A program made the translations under genes and the position numbers. The notes below the pieces were generated by a model. It was not told the DNA's origin. It worked only from the letters and a program-made list of their open reading frames with translations, and searched no databases. A stretch of DNA of 64,000 nt from a virus, in IMG/VR virus record IMGVR_UViG_3300043811_000021, positions 70,146 through 134,145 of that record; one strand, 5' to 3'. Positions within the stretch are counted from its first letter, which is position 1. The number at the start of each line of letters is the position of its first letter. This document shows positions 1 to 8,972 of this stretch, piece after piece.

Positions 1-1
1 T

Positions 2-436
2 TTATTGCGAAATATACCTGCTGGACCCCTAGTAAGCGCGGAGAGAAACCTTTGGCCAGAAGAGAATCTGGATTTCAGGCGTACACTCCGTAGCCCGTGG
101 CGGTACTGCAATGCTGGAATGATGTGCGGTTCCCCTAGTGATTTCTTTGAATGGACAGATCATGAACTTTCTATGCCAAATCTCGATTTAATGGAGCAAG
201 CATATCTGAATCGCAAGATTGCAAGTGGCTCCTATGGGTTTAATCTCGATATTTACACGTCACTTTTCTATACTGTCTCCTGCGATAGAGAGGATGGATC
301 ACTGCGCCTAAAGAACGGAAAACTGTGGAATTCCAAGTTCGATACATATCCTCAGTTCTTCCACTTTTCAGGGAAATGCTCCTCTGTCCCTTTTCGCGCT
401 ATGCTTAGAGGGATGGTTGACTCTCTTGTAGTGTGA
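2..436 (+). CDS. PLOD/procollagen-glycosyltransferase-like GT-A domain protein, 5' truncated by the window edge
   Basis: LVSAERNLWP...YCNAGMMCG...EQAYL...LDIYTSLF...HFSG parallels the PLOD GT-domain motifs (FSAE..CWP, LNSGxxxG, DDQ, HGNG); the frame is open at the window start. Confidence 0.6.
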   Translation, partial: LLRNIPAGPLVSAERNLWPEENLDFRRTLRSPWRYCNAGMMCGSPSDFFEWTDHELSMPNLDLMEQAYLNRKIASGSYGFNLDIYTSLFYTVSCDREDGSLRLKNGKLWNSKFDTYPQFFHFSGKCSSVPFRAMLRGMVDSLVV

Positions 437-444
437 TGTAAAAT
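417..444 (+). promoter_or_regulatory. sigma70-like promoter
   Basis: TTGACT-N16-TAAAAT upstream of AAGGAG RBS and ATG at 462. Confidence 0.4.
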
Positions 445-461
445 GAGAATAAGGAGAAATA

Positions 462-764
462 ATGGCTTTTCAGTATAACAACATTTCAGTAGACGATGCT
501 CACATTAACGTGGACCTAACAGCGGACGGAACAAGTTCTTCTGTTTCGGTTCAAATACCGACCGCTCTTCTCCACTTCCTTCAGATTGACGGGATTGGGT
601 TTCCTTCTATAGTCGGTGCTCCGCCTACGTTTTCTTCAGAGATAGACTTCACTTCAATAACATTCAACTTCGACACCGGAGTTTTATCATTTTCTCTTAG
701 CTCTGCTCCATCCTCTGGACAGCTTTGCGCACTAAGCCTAGTCTACGGGTACACGGCGAACTAG
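462..764 (+). CDS. hypothetical Ser-rich beta-strand protein
   Basis: 100 aa ORF with AAGGAG RBS. Confidence 0.6.
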   Translation: MAFQYNNISVDDAHINVDLTADGTSSSVSVQIPTALLHFLQIDGIGFPSIVGAPPTFSSEIDFTSITFNFDTGVLSFSLSSAPSSGQLCALSLVYGYTAN

Positions 765-788
765 ATCAAAGCAATCGGAGAGTTAACA

Positions 789-1328
789 ATGAACATTGAA
801 CGAGCAATCTCAACATGCGGGTGGATGTCAGAGGACGAATTATCCTACCTTGCGAGATGTGCAAGTAAGAGCGGTTCCATCGTTGAAATAGGAAGCTGGA
901 AGGGTAGAAGCACTCTCGCTCTTGCTTGCAATACTCCGGGTATTGTCTACGCGGTAGACACATGGAAAGGAACAGAGCAGCAAGGAGATGAACTTAGTCT
1001 GCACGAAGAAGGATGGCTTCTTGAAGAGTTCAAACGAAATACGACAAACATTGACAACATAGTTATATGCGAAGGGCCATCTGCGGAGATAGCAAAGCAA
1101 ATGAGAGGTCACACTTTCGACATGATCTTTATCGACGGATACCACACATATGAGGGTGTGAAAGATGACATCCTTTCGTGGACTCCTATGCTGAAAACTG
1201 GTGGTATTCTATGCGGTCATGATTATATACCCCCATATTGGGACGGTCTTCTTAGGGCGGTCCATGAATTAGTACCTAATTTCCGCGTTGTAAAAGGGAC
1301 CACTATCTGGACTACAGAAGAGGTATAA
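789..1328 (+). CDS. class I SAM-dependent methyltransferase (Methyltransf_24-like)
   Basis: VEIGSWKGRST, AVDTW, FDMIFIDGYHTYEGVKDD, GGILCGHDY motifs. Confidence 0.85.
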   Translation: MNIERAISTCGWMSEDELSYLARCASKSGSIVEIGSWKGRSTLALACNTPGIVYAVDTWKGTEQQGDELSLHEEGWLLEEFKRNTTNIDNIVICEGPSAEIAKQMRGHTFDMIFIDGYHTYEGVKDDILSWTPMLKTGGILCGHDYIPPYWDGLLRAVHELVPNFRVVKGTTIWTTEEV

Positions 1329-1329
1329 A

Positions 1330-2781
1330 TTGAGAGTATGTTTAATCTCGCCGCCTTCTCCTTTTGAATTAGACGAAAGAGTTTTCTGTGCCCTCGGAAT
1401 ACTTAAAATAGCCTCTGTTCTCGAAAGAGAAGGCCACCAAGTAGATCATATCGATCTGTCTGGAGTAGAGAATTTTGAGGAGGCAGTTCGCGACTATTCA
1501 GGAGATGCGAAGGTTTTTGGAATAACGTCTACTACTCCGCAATTTCCGTCTGCTGTCCGAGTTACTAACGTTCTTCGAGAAGTTCCAGGAAGAAAAGTTA
1601 TACTTGGAGGTCCGCATCCAACCTTGCTGCACTCAGCTTATAAAAGAGAGAAACATAGAGCAGATGAACCGTTTCTTAGAATGCTTAAGCAGTTCGATGT
1701 GGTGGTAGCCGGTGACGGAGAAGATGCGATATTTTCCGCTATATCTCCATTCTCTCGTGGAGTAATTGATGCTGACGATCCTAAATCTCCTATGTGGCAA
1801 ACATCGCAAAAGTTCACTGATTCTCCTTGGCCAGCACGTCATCTAGTAGACTTGGATACTTACCATTACTCAATTGATGGCGCAAGGGCACTTCATTTAA
1901 TTTCACAACTTGGCTGTCCAATGGCATGTTTCTTCTGTGCAGGGAGAAACTCATCCATGCTGCGTAGGATACGTAATAGACCTCCAGAGAATGTTATATC
2001 TGAGATTCTATATCTTCATAAGACATATGGGTATACTGGTTTCAACTTCTTTGACGATGAATTGAATATCAACAAAAGCATGGTCGATCTTATGCGCAAG
2101 CTAAGACAGGAGTCTGACCGCCTTGGGGTTGAATGGAAATTACGAGGATTCGTAAAAGCTGAGCTATTTACCGAGGAGCAGGCTAAGGTTATGTATGATG
2201 CTGGATTTCGCTGGATTCTCACAGGTTTTGAGTCTGGATCGGAACGTATCCTCGTTAATATCCACAAAAATGCGACACGCGCAGACAATACTCGCTGTAT
2301 GGAACTCGCACATTCTCACGGATTGAAAGTAAAAGCCCTTATGTCTATCGGACATGCAGGGGAAAGCTACGATACTATAAATGAAACATACGAATGGCTT
2401 CTGGAAACTAAGCCCGATGAGTTAGACGTGACAGTTATCACTCCATACCCCGGAAGCCCTTATTGGGATGATGCTGAAGAAGTCGGCAGTGGAGTATGGA
2501 AGTTTGTTTCTGCTAAGACTGGCGATGCCCTATACATGAACAACGTAGATTTCACGGAGACTGCCGACTACTATAAAGGCATTCCTGGAGAATATGTGAG
2601 CCATGTATGGACAGACCACATATCCGCAGAAGAGTTAGTGGTGCAGAGAGATTGGCTTGAGAAAGAGTCAAAGTCTAAACTCGGTATCAAGATGATTTCT
2701 CCTGTTCCGGCAATGCACTTTGAGCATTCTATGGGGATGTCGCCACAGATTCTTAGAAGTTCAATAACTGAGGGGGTATAG
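1330..2781 (+). CDS. cobalamin-binding radical SAM enzyme
   Basis: N-terminal B12-binding-type domain (LGILKIAS...GITSTT...ILGGPHPT...GDGED); CPMACFFC CxxxCxxC; FFDDEL, GFESGS, TPYPGSP. Confidence 0.9.
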   Translation: MRVCLISPPSPFELDERVFCALGILKIASVLEREGHQVDHIDLSGVENFEEAVRDYSGDAKVFGITSTTPQFPSAVRVTNVLREVPGRKVILGGPHPTLLHSAYKREKHRADEPFLRMLKQFDVVVAGDGEDAIFSAISPFSRGVIDADDPKSPMWQTSQKFTDSPWPARHLVDLDTYHYSIDGARALHLISQLGCPMACFFCAGRNSSMLRRIRNRPPENVISEILYLHKTYGYTGFNFFDDELNINKSMVDLMRKLRQESDRLGVEWKLRGFVKAELFTEEQAKVMYDAGFRWILTGFESGSERILVNIHKNATRADNTRCMELAHSHGLKVKALMSIGHAGESYDTINETYEWLLETKPDELDVTVITPYPGSPYWDDAEEVGSGVWKFVSAKTGDALYMNNVDFTETADYYKGIPGEYVSHVWTDHISAEELVVQRDWLEKESKSKLGIKMISPVPAMHFEHSMGMSPQILRSSITEGV

Positions 2782-3422
2782 TGTTCGATTCATTTGAAGT
2801 AGGGATACCGTTTGTCAACCGGGAAGATTTACTTAAAAACGCAGTCAGCAGCATCCAATCGATATGGGATAACACGGTAATCATCGATAACTCAGATGAA
2901 GGATTGAATCCTGATGACTGGATGGTAAAAATACTCAGACCTCCAGTTCCTCTTAGCGCGAGTCAGTCATTCAACTGGCTGAGAAAAAGGGCGATTAATT
3001 CAGGAAATTATGCGTGGGGATTCCTTCATAACGATGCGGTTGCTGGAGATGAGACCGCAGATAAATTTGTTGATCTTCTTGAACAGCTAAAGAACGAGAA
3101 TAGAAACTGGGGTGTAGCCTTCTCTCACTATGACACTTTTGCCTTTTACTCGACAGCAATGGAAATCGCTACAGGTCCGTGGGACGTAGCTCTCCCGCAA
3201 TATTTCACCGACAATGACAAGTACCGCCGTTCCACCTTAGCTGGATTTGAAGTAATTGAAAGTGGACTTCACGTAGATCATGTCGGTAGCCAAACTATCA
3301 ACAGCGACCCTGTGTGGAAGTTAAAAAATTCAGTAACATTTCCACTGTATGGATCGTATTATGCTTCCAAGTGGGGCGGAAGTCCGGGAAACGAAACGTA
3401 TCTTACTCCTTTTAATAGATGA
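2781..3422 (+). CDS. GT2-like glycosyltransferase
   Basis: GIPFVNR...IIDNS...FLHNDAV...YFTDND...HVGSQTI GT-A motifs; coupled to the upstream stop. Confidence 0.75.
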   Translation: MFDSFEVGIPFVNREDLLKNAVSSIQSIWDNTVIIDNSDEGLNPDDWMVKILRPPVPLSASQSFNWLRKRAINSGNYAWGFLHNDAVAGDETADKFVDLLEQLKNENRNWGVAFSHYDTFAFYSTAMEIATGPWDVALPQYFTDNDKYRRSTLAGFEVIESGLHVDHVGSQTINSDPVWKLKNSVTFPLYGSYYASKWGGSPGNETYLTPFNR

Positions 3423-3601
3423 TGTTCTTTCATACTGCCGAACAAATCGCTCTATGGGCTGCTGAGAAAGCCTCGCGTGAGGGATCGTACCGGATTCCAG
3501 AGGAGAAGCTGTTTGTCATGCTCGAACTGGTACGACAGAACTATTATCACGTCATTTCGCCGGAAATAGAAGATGCTTGCAGAAAAACCGCTGGGATTTA
3601 A
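3419..3601 (+). CDS. hypothetical protein
   Basis: ATGA overlap with the upstream gene. Confidence 0.5.
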   Translation: MMFFHTAEQIALWAAEKASREGSYRIPEEKLFVMLELVRQNYYHVISPEIEDACRKTAGI

Positions 3602-3604
3602 TTC

Positions 3605-3633
3605 TTGCATTGAGGCGCAGGATAATGTAAGAT
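3605..3633 (+). promoter_or_regulatory. sigma70-like promoter
   Basis: TTGCAT-N17-TAAGAT, then GGAGG RBS before ATG 3652. Confidence 0.5.
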
Positions 3634-3651
3634 TGTTGAATTGGAGGACAG

Positions 3652-3930
3652 ATGAAGCATATCTGGGACGCAATCATCGCAAGGATAGTCTACTGGATTA
3701 TTCCTAAGCCAAAGGAAGTTCTAAAACCAGGAATCTGCACATGCACTCATGCCCGCCATGCGCACGTTAACGGGAAAGGGAGATGTGTCGCAGAGTTTCC
3801 TCCAAAAGGAAGTCGGCCTAAGTGTTACTGCGCTTGCCAAATATTTATCCTAGACGACGATGATGACGATGGTGGTGGGTTGCCTGATACACCTAGTCCT
3901 GAACTGCTTGAAAGCTGGTTTGCGAAATGA
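3652..3930 (+). CDS. small Cys/His metal-binding protein with acidic tail
   Basis: CTCTHARHAH...C...CYCACQIF followed by poly-Asp. Confidence 0.6.
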   Translation: MKHIWDAIIARIVYWIIPKPKEVLKPGICTCTHARHAHVNGKGRCVAEFPPKGSRPKCYCACQIFILDDDDDDGGGLPDTPSPELLESWFAK

Positions 3931-4373
3931 ATTACCCAAACCAGCTTTACGTCGCCTTTGATGTTTGTGGGAACCCTTTTGCTGTGTCTCCATCTAAGGA
4001 AGATTTCTACTATCACGACCCAGAACGGATTAAGGATTATTTCAGTGAAGCAGTTACTGGAGTTTTGGCTGATGGAAAAGTGAACTTAATGATCGAAGTT
4101 AATGATCTAAACTCAGAAAACGACAAACTTCGTGGTCTACTAGCCAAAGGCCAAGGTGATTGCGTCTACTGTGGTCTACCAGCAGAAGATATTGCAAGGT
4201 GTGCTCATGGTTTTCCGGGATGCGCTAGGATGGATGACATTGTGAATGCGCATGAGACAGCCAAGGACCAAGAGATTTTCGAGTTAAAGGGAATTATTTC
4301 AGGATTGCAGGATATTGACTCTGGAAGAGTGAAGTCATTCGATGACATTCAGAAAGGTCTACAAGATGGATGA
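3927..4373 (+). CDS. hypothetical protein (CxxC...C...C)
   Basis: ORF overlapping neighbours by ATGA. Confidence 0.6.
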   Translation: MNYPNQLYVAFDVCGNPFAVSPSKEDFYYHDPERIKDYFSEAVTGVLADGKVNLMIEVNDLNSENDKLRGLLAKGQGDCVYCGLPAEDIARCAHGFPGCARMDDIVNAHETAKDQEIFELKGIISGLQDIDSGRVKSFDDIQKGLQDG

Positions 4374-4680
4374 TGCTCCTGAAAATATACTTGGTATCTC
4401 TCAAAAAGAAAATCAGCGCCGTCAGAATTATCAACGCGCAGAGGCGTTCCTACGATGGAAATTTGGTAACAACTACTACCATATAGAAGACTCCATTCGA
4501 GGCTCAGGCGAAGATTGGCCTTCACTATTTGTTGAATTTGTAGAGCGGGTAGAGGCTGATCTATTGTCTAGGATGCAGTATATTGAGCAAGCGCATTGGG
4601 ACACGGTAATGATGAAGAAAATGATGGATGGGGTGACGTTGAGTGTGGATGATTTTTCTATCGGGAAGGAGATTAAATAA
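4366..4680 (+). CDS. hypothetical protein
   Basis: ORF track 4342..4680; MDDAPE start preferred for minimal overlap. Confidence 0.55.
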   Translation: MDDAPENILGISQKENQRRQNYQRAEAFLRWKFGNNYYHIEDSIRGSGEDWPSLFVEFVERVEADLLSRMQYIEQAHWDTVMMKKMMDGVTLSVDDFSIGKEIK

Positions 4681-5342
4681 TGAAGGCCAAAGACCTTATC
4701 AAATTATTACAAGACGAAGACCCTACAGGCGAAATCGAGTGCTGTATAGCAAACTCTGACATCCTATCTGTCCACACGGAACCAGCGTACTTGGATGGTA
4801 GACTCCAAATACTTGAGAGAGACCATTCACTTGATCCTTACTACAACATCATCGGGGCTAAAAGAACATGCAGAGGAAATAAGATCGTAATAACTCCATA
4901 CTCAATTGACGATTATATAACCAACGACCCTGAGATCGCCAAGATAGATTACTCCGAAGTTGGGAGTGAGTCTTCTGCGCAGAACTACCGAGAAGCCGAC
5001 GAAAGAATCCGACAAACTATGATCGCCATTCAGCTAGACGTTACCATAAAAGGATTTTTTGAATGGGCATCTGGAATCTTAACCTCACTAAAACCAGACT
5101 CTAAACCAAATGAATTCAAGGGTTACTGCTCTGAGTTTTTTGTTAAAAATAGGACTCTTCTTGAGGCGTATCCAGAATTACCTACAAGACAAGAAAAACA
5201 TGGAGATCAAACTTATACAGTACATGCAAGTGTAAGAGAACGAGAGATTGCTCACTGGAATAACGTAATAGAGTTCTCTCAGAGAACATGGGAGCCGACA
5301 ATGAGGATTAAAAATGAGTTCAATACGGAGGTTGTAGAATGA
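4680..5342 (+). CDS. hypothetical protein
   Basis: 220 aa, AAGGAG RBS, TAATG coupling. Confidence 0.7.
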   Translation: MKAKDLIKLLQDEDPTGEIECCIANSDILSVHTEPAYLDGRLQILERDHSLDPYYNIIGAKRTCRGNKIVITPYSIDDYITNDPEIAKIDYSEVGSESSAQNYREADERIRQTMIAIQLDVTIKGFFEWASGILTSLKPDSKPNEFKGYCSEFFVKNRTLLEAYPELPTRQEKHGDQTYTVHASVREREIAHWNNVIEFSQRTWEPTMRIKNEFNTEVVE

Positions 5343-5704
5343 GCGAATCTATCCATATTACATCGATCACTCCACCAGAGCAAGGATGGACTATTGCGAT
5401 GCACTGCCCAATCTGTAAGGAGACGGTGTTTATGTTGTCTCCCTATGCTGCAAAACCACAGGATGGTGATTACTGGAAGATGCAAATGTGTGCAGACGAT
5501 GTTAATGGATTTAAGCATAACATAGAACTTGGAATGAATGGTTCTTATGCTCCAATGAACTTAGAGACAAGAAAACCATCATTCATGGTTCTTGATCCTA
5601 TGTGCCCTCCGAGGTTCCCAAGCGTCTATGAGTATATGTTTTCACTGCCAATCGAAGAAGCAAAGAGACGGTATCCAGATACGCCGATAGAGGAGAAGAA
5701 GTAG
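5339..5704 (+). CDS. hypothetical protein (CxxC)
   Basis: GGAGG RBS, ATGA overlap. Confidence 0.6.
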   Translation: MSESIHITSITPPEQGWTIAMHCPICKETVFMLSPYAAKPQDGDYWKMQMCADDVNGFKHNIELGMNGSYAPMNLETRKPSFMVLDPMCPPRFPSVYEYMFSLPIEEAKRRYPDTPIEEKK

Positions 5705-5819
5705 ATGCTGTACCTATGGGAAGATGGCTCAGTACATCGCGTTCCCCCTCCAACGGAAGAAGATAAGGCTCTATTCAGTTTACTATTTGCGCACCGCAAA
5801 TTATTTGCAGGAGTTCCCA

Positions 5820-6221
5820 ATGATCGATCTGAAACTGATAAACGATCTTCTGAGCAGAATCTCCTACAAGCCGGGATGGAATATCTTGATCGAAGAGGAA
5901 AGGGTTTTCTATAACGGTGACAATAATATAATTGTAAAGTGCATCTACGAAGGTTACGAATCTAAAAACGCAGGATTTGAGCCACTATCCTTTGAAAGTG
6001 AGCGCGTATCTGAAACCAGAATGAGGATCAACCGCTCTCTTGGAAAGAGCTACAGACAAGCAGATAAGTTCTGCTATTACAAAAGGTTTTCAAAGTACCA
6101 ACTTGAAAACATGCCGCCTGAGCAGATCATCAAATACATCATAGGCGGTACAATCAAGGAAGCAGAGATGTACGAATTTGATAGGTGGTTTAAGTTTGAC
6201 GGTGTACCAGTGTTTGAGTAG
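5820..6221 (+). CDS. hypothetical protein
   Basis: MIDLKLIND start preceded by AGGAG; overlaps the short ORF 5705..5914. Confidence 0.6.
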   Translation: MIDLKLINDLLSRISYKPGWNILIEEERVFYNGDNNIIVKCIYEGYESKNAGFEPLSFESERVSETRMRINRSLGKSYRQADKFCYYKRFSKYQLENMPPEQIIKYIIGGTIKEAEMYEFDRWFKFDGVPVFE

Positions 6222-6235
6222 GAAAAGGAGTATAT

Positions 6236-6451
6236 ATGAGTTATTATGTACTCGGTCCAGTAAAAGTACAATGCGCGTATTGCGAGGGACATAAAGATGG
6301 TTCATTACCGGCTGAGCATTACCATACTATCCAGTTTGAATACGATGAAACTTGTGAATTCTTTTCTCTTGTTGTAGATGGAAAACTTCTGTTCAATGTC
6401 GATAGAACGGATATGAAGCCAATTGAAGACGAAATGAGGAGATTGTTATGA
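6236..6451 (+). CDS. hypothetical protein (CxxC)
   Basis: AAGGAG RBS. Confidence 0.55.
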   Translation: MSYYVLGPVKVQCAYCEGHKDGSLPAEHYHTIQFEYDETCEFFSLVVDGKLLFNVDRTDMKPIEDEMRRLL

Positions 6452-6678
6452 AAGCGAGAAAAGTTCTTTCGTGGTATCCAAATATTAAGAAATATCCTTT
6501 TTTGTCACAGCCAGTGCGGTTCCCTAGAAAGATGAAAAAGTTTTTTAATATTTTTCGCAATGGAGACTACTTTGATATATCAGAGGGAGAGGCTCAACAA
6601 ATTATGGGGAGTTCTTATCACGCTGGGAGATATAGGCTGACAATTTTAGAGGATAAATATGACATTTCCATTCGGTGA
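6448..6678 (+). CDS. hypothetical protein
   Basis: GAGGAG RBS, ATGA overlap. Confidence 0.5.
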   Translation: MKARKVLSWYPNIKKYPFLSQPVRFPRKMKKFFNIFRNGDYFDISEGEAQQIMGSSYHAGRYRLTILEDKYDISIR

Positions 6679-6815
6679 TGTAAAAGGAGAATATCGATGA
6701 CAGAGAAGAAGACGTGTAAAAAATCAATGGTTCCGTCGGAAGGAAGATTTGAGTTTCATGGAACGAGGTTGTGGGATTCAATAGCGAAATGCTATTGGGT
6801 AAAGGAATACAGTAA

Positions 6816-7745
6816 TTAACCTATCTGACCTACCGGAACAAATCCATACTTCCCACTAGGATTGTTACCGCTATGGCAAGGGACTCGGAACGAGCATGGA
6901 TAAGGAAAATCACAGGTGCTTAGTTGCTGATCTGGTAGTATCTTAGTCGAGTAGATCAAATCCAATTTCTTAGCCGCTAAATCCACTATCCTCTGTCTTG
7001 CTTTCTCTTCGGGAACCGGAACCTCAACCGAAAAACAAACGTCTTGTAAAACTCCATCCTCGAACATCGCTTCCAGCCATTCCTTCGTTGAAATTTCGTC
7101 ATAATCCTCGCGGAAAATCGTTGTCCAGCTAGATTTAAATCCTGTTTCTTTGTCTGTTTTCTTCCTAAATCTGAGTTTTTTGTTTACTGGGTGTCGTAGT
7201 CCTCTGCTCCAATATCCATGTCGTCTTCCGTCCCTATTCGGACCAAGAACAATAACAGCCTCTTGCATTGGAAGTCCGTAAACGCATACCTCCCCTAAAC
7301 TAGACCAGCTACGAGCCTCTGCATAGTGCCTGTCATCGTTCCATGAGGTTGCTAGTACGACACGCCTTAGAGACGTTCCTGAAGGCGCTAGGAAAGCCCC
7401 GCTGCTCCATATCTCACCGTTAGGTAGTTCGATAGGATCAGGCAGTGTCCAAGGCTTGTCTGTGGGCTTTCTAATCGCGCAGGATACTATATCTGAAATG
7501 GCCGCATGATGAACGCACTGATCGTAAACATTATGCTGATCTGAGACTACTTCTCTACGAGAGGCTATACCGATTATTTCTTCTCCTGCCGCCTCTCCGT
7601 AGTCTTGGCGGTCAGTGGTGAGTCCTGCTTTTAATCCCGCCTGTAAAAGATCGTGAAAATCTATCTTGGCCCGTTCCCAGTCACGTGACCATATCCCGGC
7701 CCGGTTGCATGGTTCGTATGCTTTCAATAATTGTGGGCTATTCAT
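6816..7745 (-). CDS. Cas4/AddB-like PD-(D/E)XK-fold protein with a probable Fe-S Cys staple; catalytic motifs degenerate
   Basis: N-terminal YEPCNR plus C-terminal CDFPYPCSFRVPC (1+3 Cys layout); no recognisable D...D/ExK. Confidence 0.5.
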   Translation of the reverse strand: MNSPQLLKAYEPCNRAGIWSRDWERAKIDFHDLLQAGLKAGLTTDRQDYGEAAGEEIIGIASRREVVSDQHNVYDQCVHHAAISDIVSCAIRKPTDKPWTLPDPIELPNGEIWSSGAFLAPSGTSLRRVVLATSWNDDRHYAEARSWSSLGEVCVYGLPMQEAVIVLGPNRDGRRHGYWSRGLRHPVNKKLRFRKKTDKETGFKSSWTTIFREDYDEISTKEWLEAMFEDGVLQDVCFSVEVPVPEEKARQRIVDLAAKKLDLIYSTKILPDQQLSTCDFPYPCSFRVPCHSGNNPSGKYGFVPVGQIG

Positions 7746-7950
7746 CCTCGTCTTCTACTTCTTCATCGTCCTCAGCACATGCCGCGCAAATCTCTTCAAC
7801 TAACTCTCTAGAGTTTCTCTCGACTACAAACCCCTCAAGTGCCGATTGCCCAGTAAGCCAAAGAGAGCATTTCCCATCGTCTATCTTCTTTACGCGAACA
7901 ACAGATTCAGCAACTATGAAATCCTCGTCTCCTATGTCTACAAAAGTCAT
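7738..7950 (-). CDS. small acidic hypothetical protein
   Basis: coupled ORF with acidic C-terminus. Confidence 0.55.
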   Translation of the reverse strand: MTFVDIGDEDFIVAESVVRVKKIDDGKCSLWLTGQSALEGFVVERNSRELVEEICAACAEDDEEVEDEDE

Positions 7951-8243
7951 TTAGTTATCCTTTTATCTTTCTCCTTTTGAAGGTATTTCATTCTGTTAAT
8001 TATTTGTTCAAGTGTTTCTATTTCAATATCAGCTACATTTTCTGGAGTAAACGTCACATTCCCTCCGAAAAACATTGGAGAATCTGATAGGCATATTTCT
8101 CCGAACGTGAACTGCTCTCCATCATCCGAATCTATTGAGAAGCATCTCTCGAATGTATTCTGTGATACTGGAGAAACGTGAGATTCAAAATAAACTAAGG
8201 AATCATCAATTTTTTTAGGTGATTCTCCTCTACATAATTTCAT
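7947..8243 (-). CDS. hypothetical protein
   Basis: coupled ORF. Confidence 0.55.
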   Translation of the reverse strand: MKLCRGESPKKIDDSLVYFESHVSPVSQNTFERCFSIDSDDGEQFTFGEICLSDSPMFFGGNVTFTPENVADIEIETLEQIINRMKYLQKEKDKRITK

Positions 8244-8968
8244 CTCGTTATCCCCGATGGCTTAAACTTCCTCTGCAATGCTTCAGCCTGTGCTCGTAAC
8301 TGCTGAGGAGTTAACTTCTGTCTTGGTCTAGGCTCCCATGCCTCTAAAGGCGGTTCTATTGGCCGCACAGTCCTATTCAGAATAGTATCCTCTGGTCTAG
8401 TTGGCATCATAATTGTTAACGGCGCAGAATTCAAATCATTGATCCACGGTTGCAGCCTTTGTCTCTGCGATGGATCGGCAACCCATGTCTGGATAATCGT
8501 CGCCGCTTGTTCCTGCGGCAGTTGCCAGAGTTTTAGACCTTTCTTCCTCTTTTCATCTACGTTTGAAATGTTGTATGGGTCTTTTGGATTGTCGGGAGGG
8601 ATCGCTTTGTTTACCTTACCCGCAAGATTATTCAAAAGAAGATGTGTTATTTCGTGGCTTGAAGTCTGCTTCGGCCCTTGCGCAAACCGCTTAGGATCGT
8701 TGATCTCAATAACGTGCGGTTCATGCTCTCCTACCGTTGCGATGGCGTTGTTATGCGGTCTCGCAGGTGAATACTCTACTCCTATTTCCCTTTGTACGCG
8801 GGTTAGTTCTGGAGGAATTATAACTTCTGGTCCTTCGGTGGTTTCTGGATAAGGAATAGATTCTCTGTGCGTCTTAATAGCCGCAGCAATGTGATCGTCT
8901 TCCATCGTGGATGGGAAAGCTATCACTTTCTCTTTCACCTTTACGAGTTTTTGTTTTGGATCGGGCAT
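8240..8968 (-). CDS. probable internal virion/ejected protein with HExxH zincin motif
   Basis: N-terminal FPSTMEDDHIAAAI, resembling ejection-protein N-termini; HEITH motif; lies downstream of the large ejection genes. Confidence 0.5.
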   Translation of the reverse strand: MPDPKQKLVKVKEKVIAFPSTMEDDHIAAAIKTHRESIPYPETTEGPEVIIPPELTRVQREIGVEYSPARPHNNAIATVGEHEPHVIEINDPKRFAQGPKQTSSHEITHLLLNNLAGKVNKAIPPDNPKDPYNISNVDEKRKKGLKLWQLPQEQAATIIQTWVADPSQRQRLQPWINDLNSAPLTIMMPTRPEDTILNRTVRPIEPPLEAWEPRPRQKLTPQQLRAQAEALQRKFKPSGITR

Positions 8969-8972
8969 AGGT

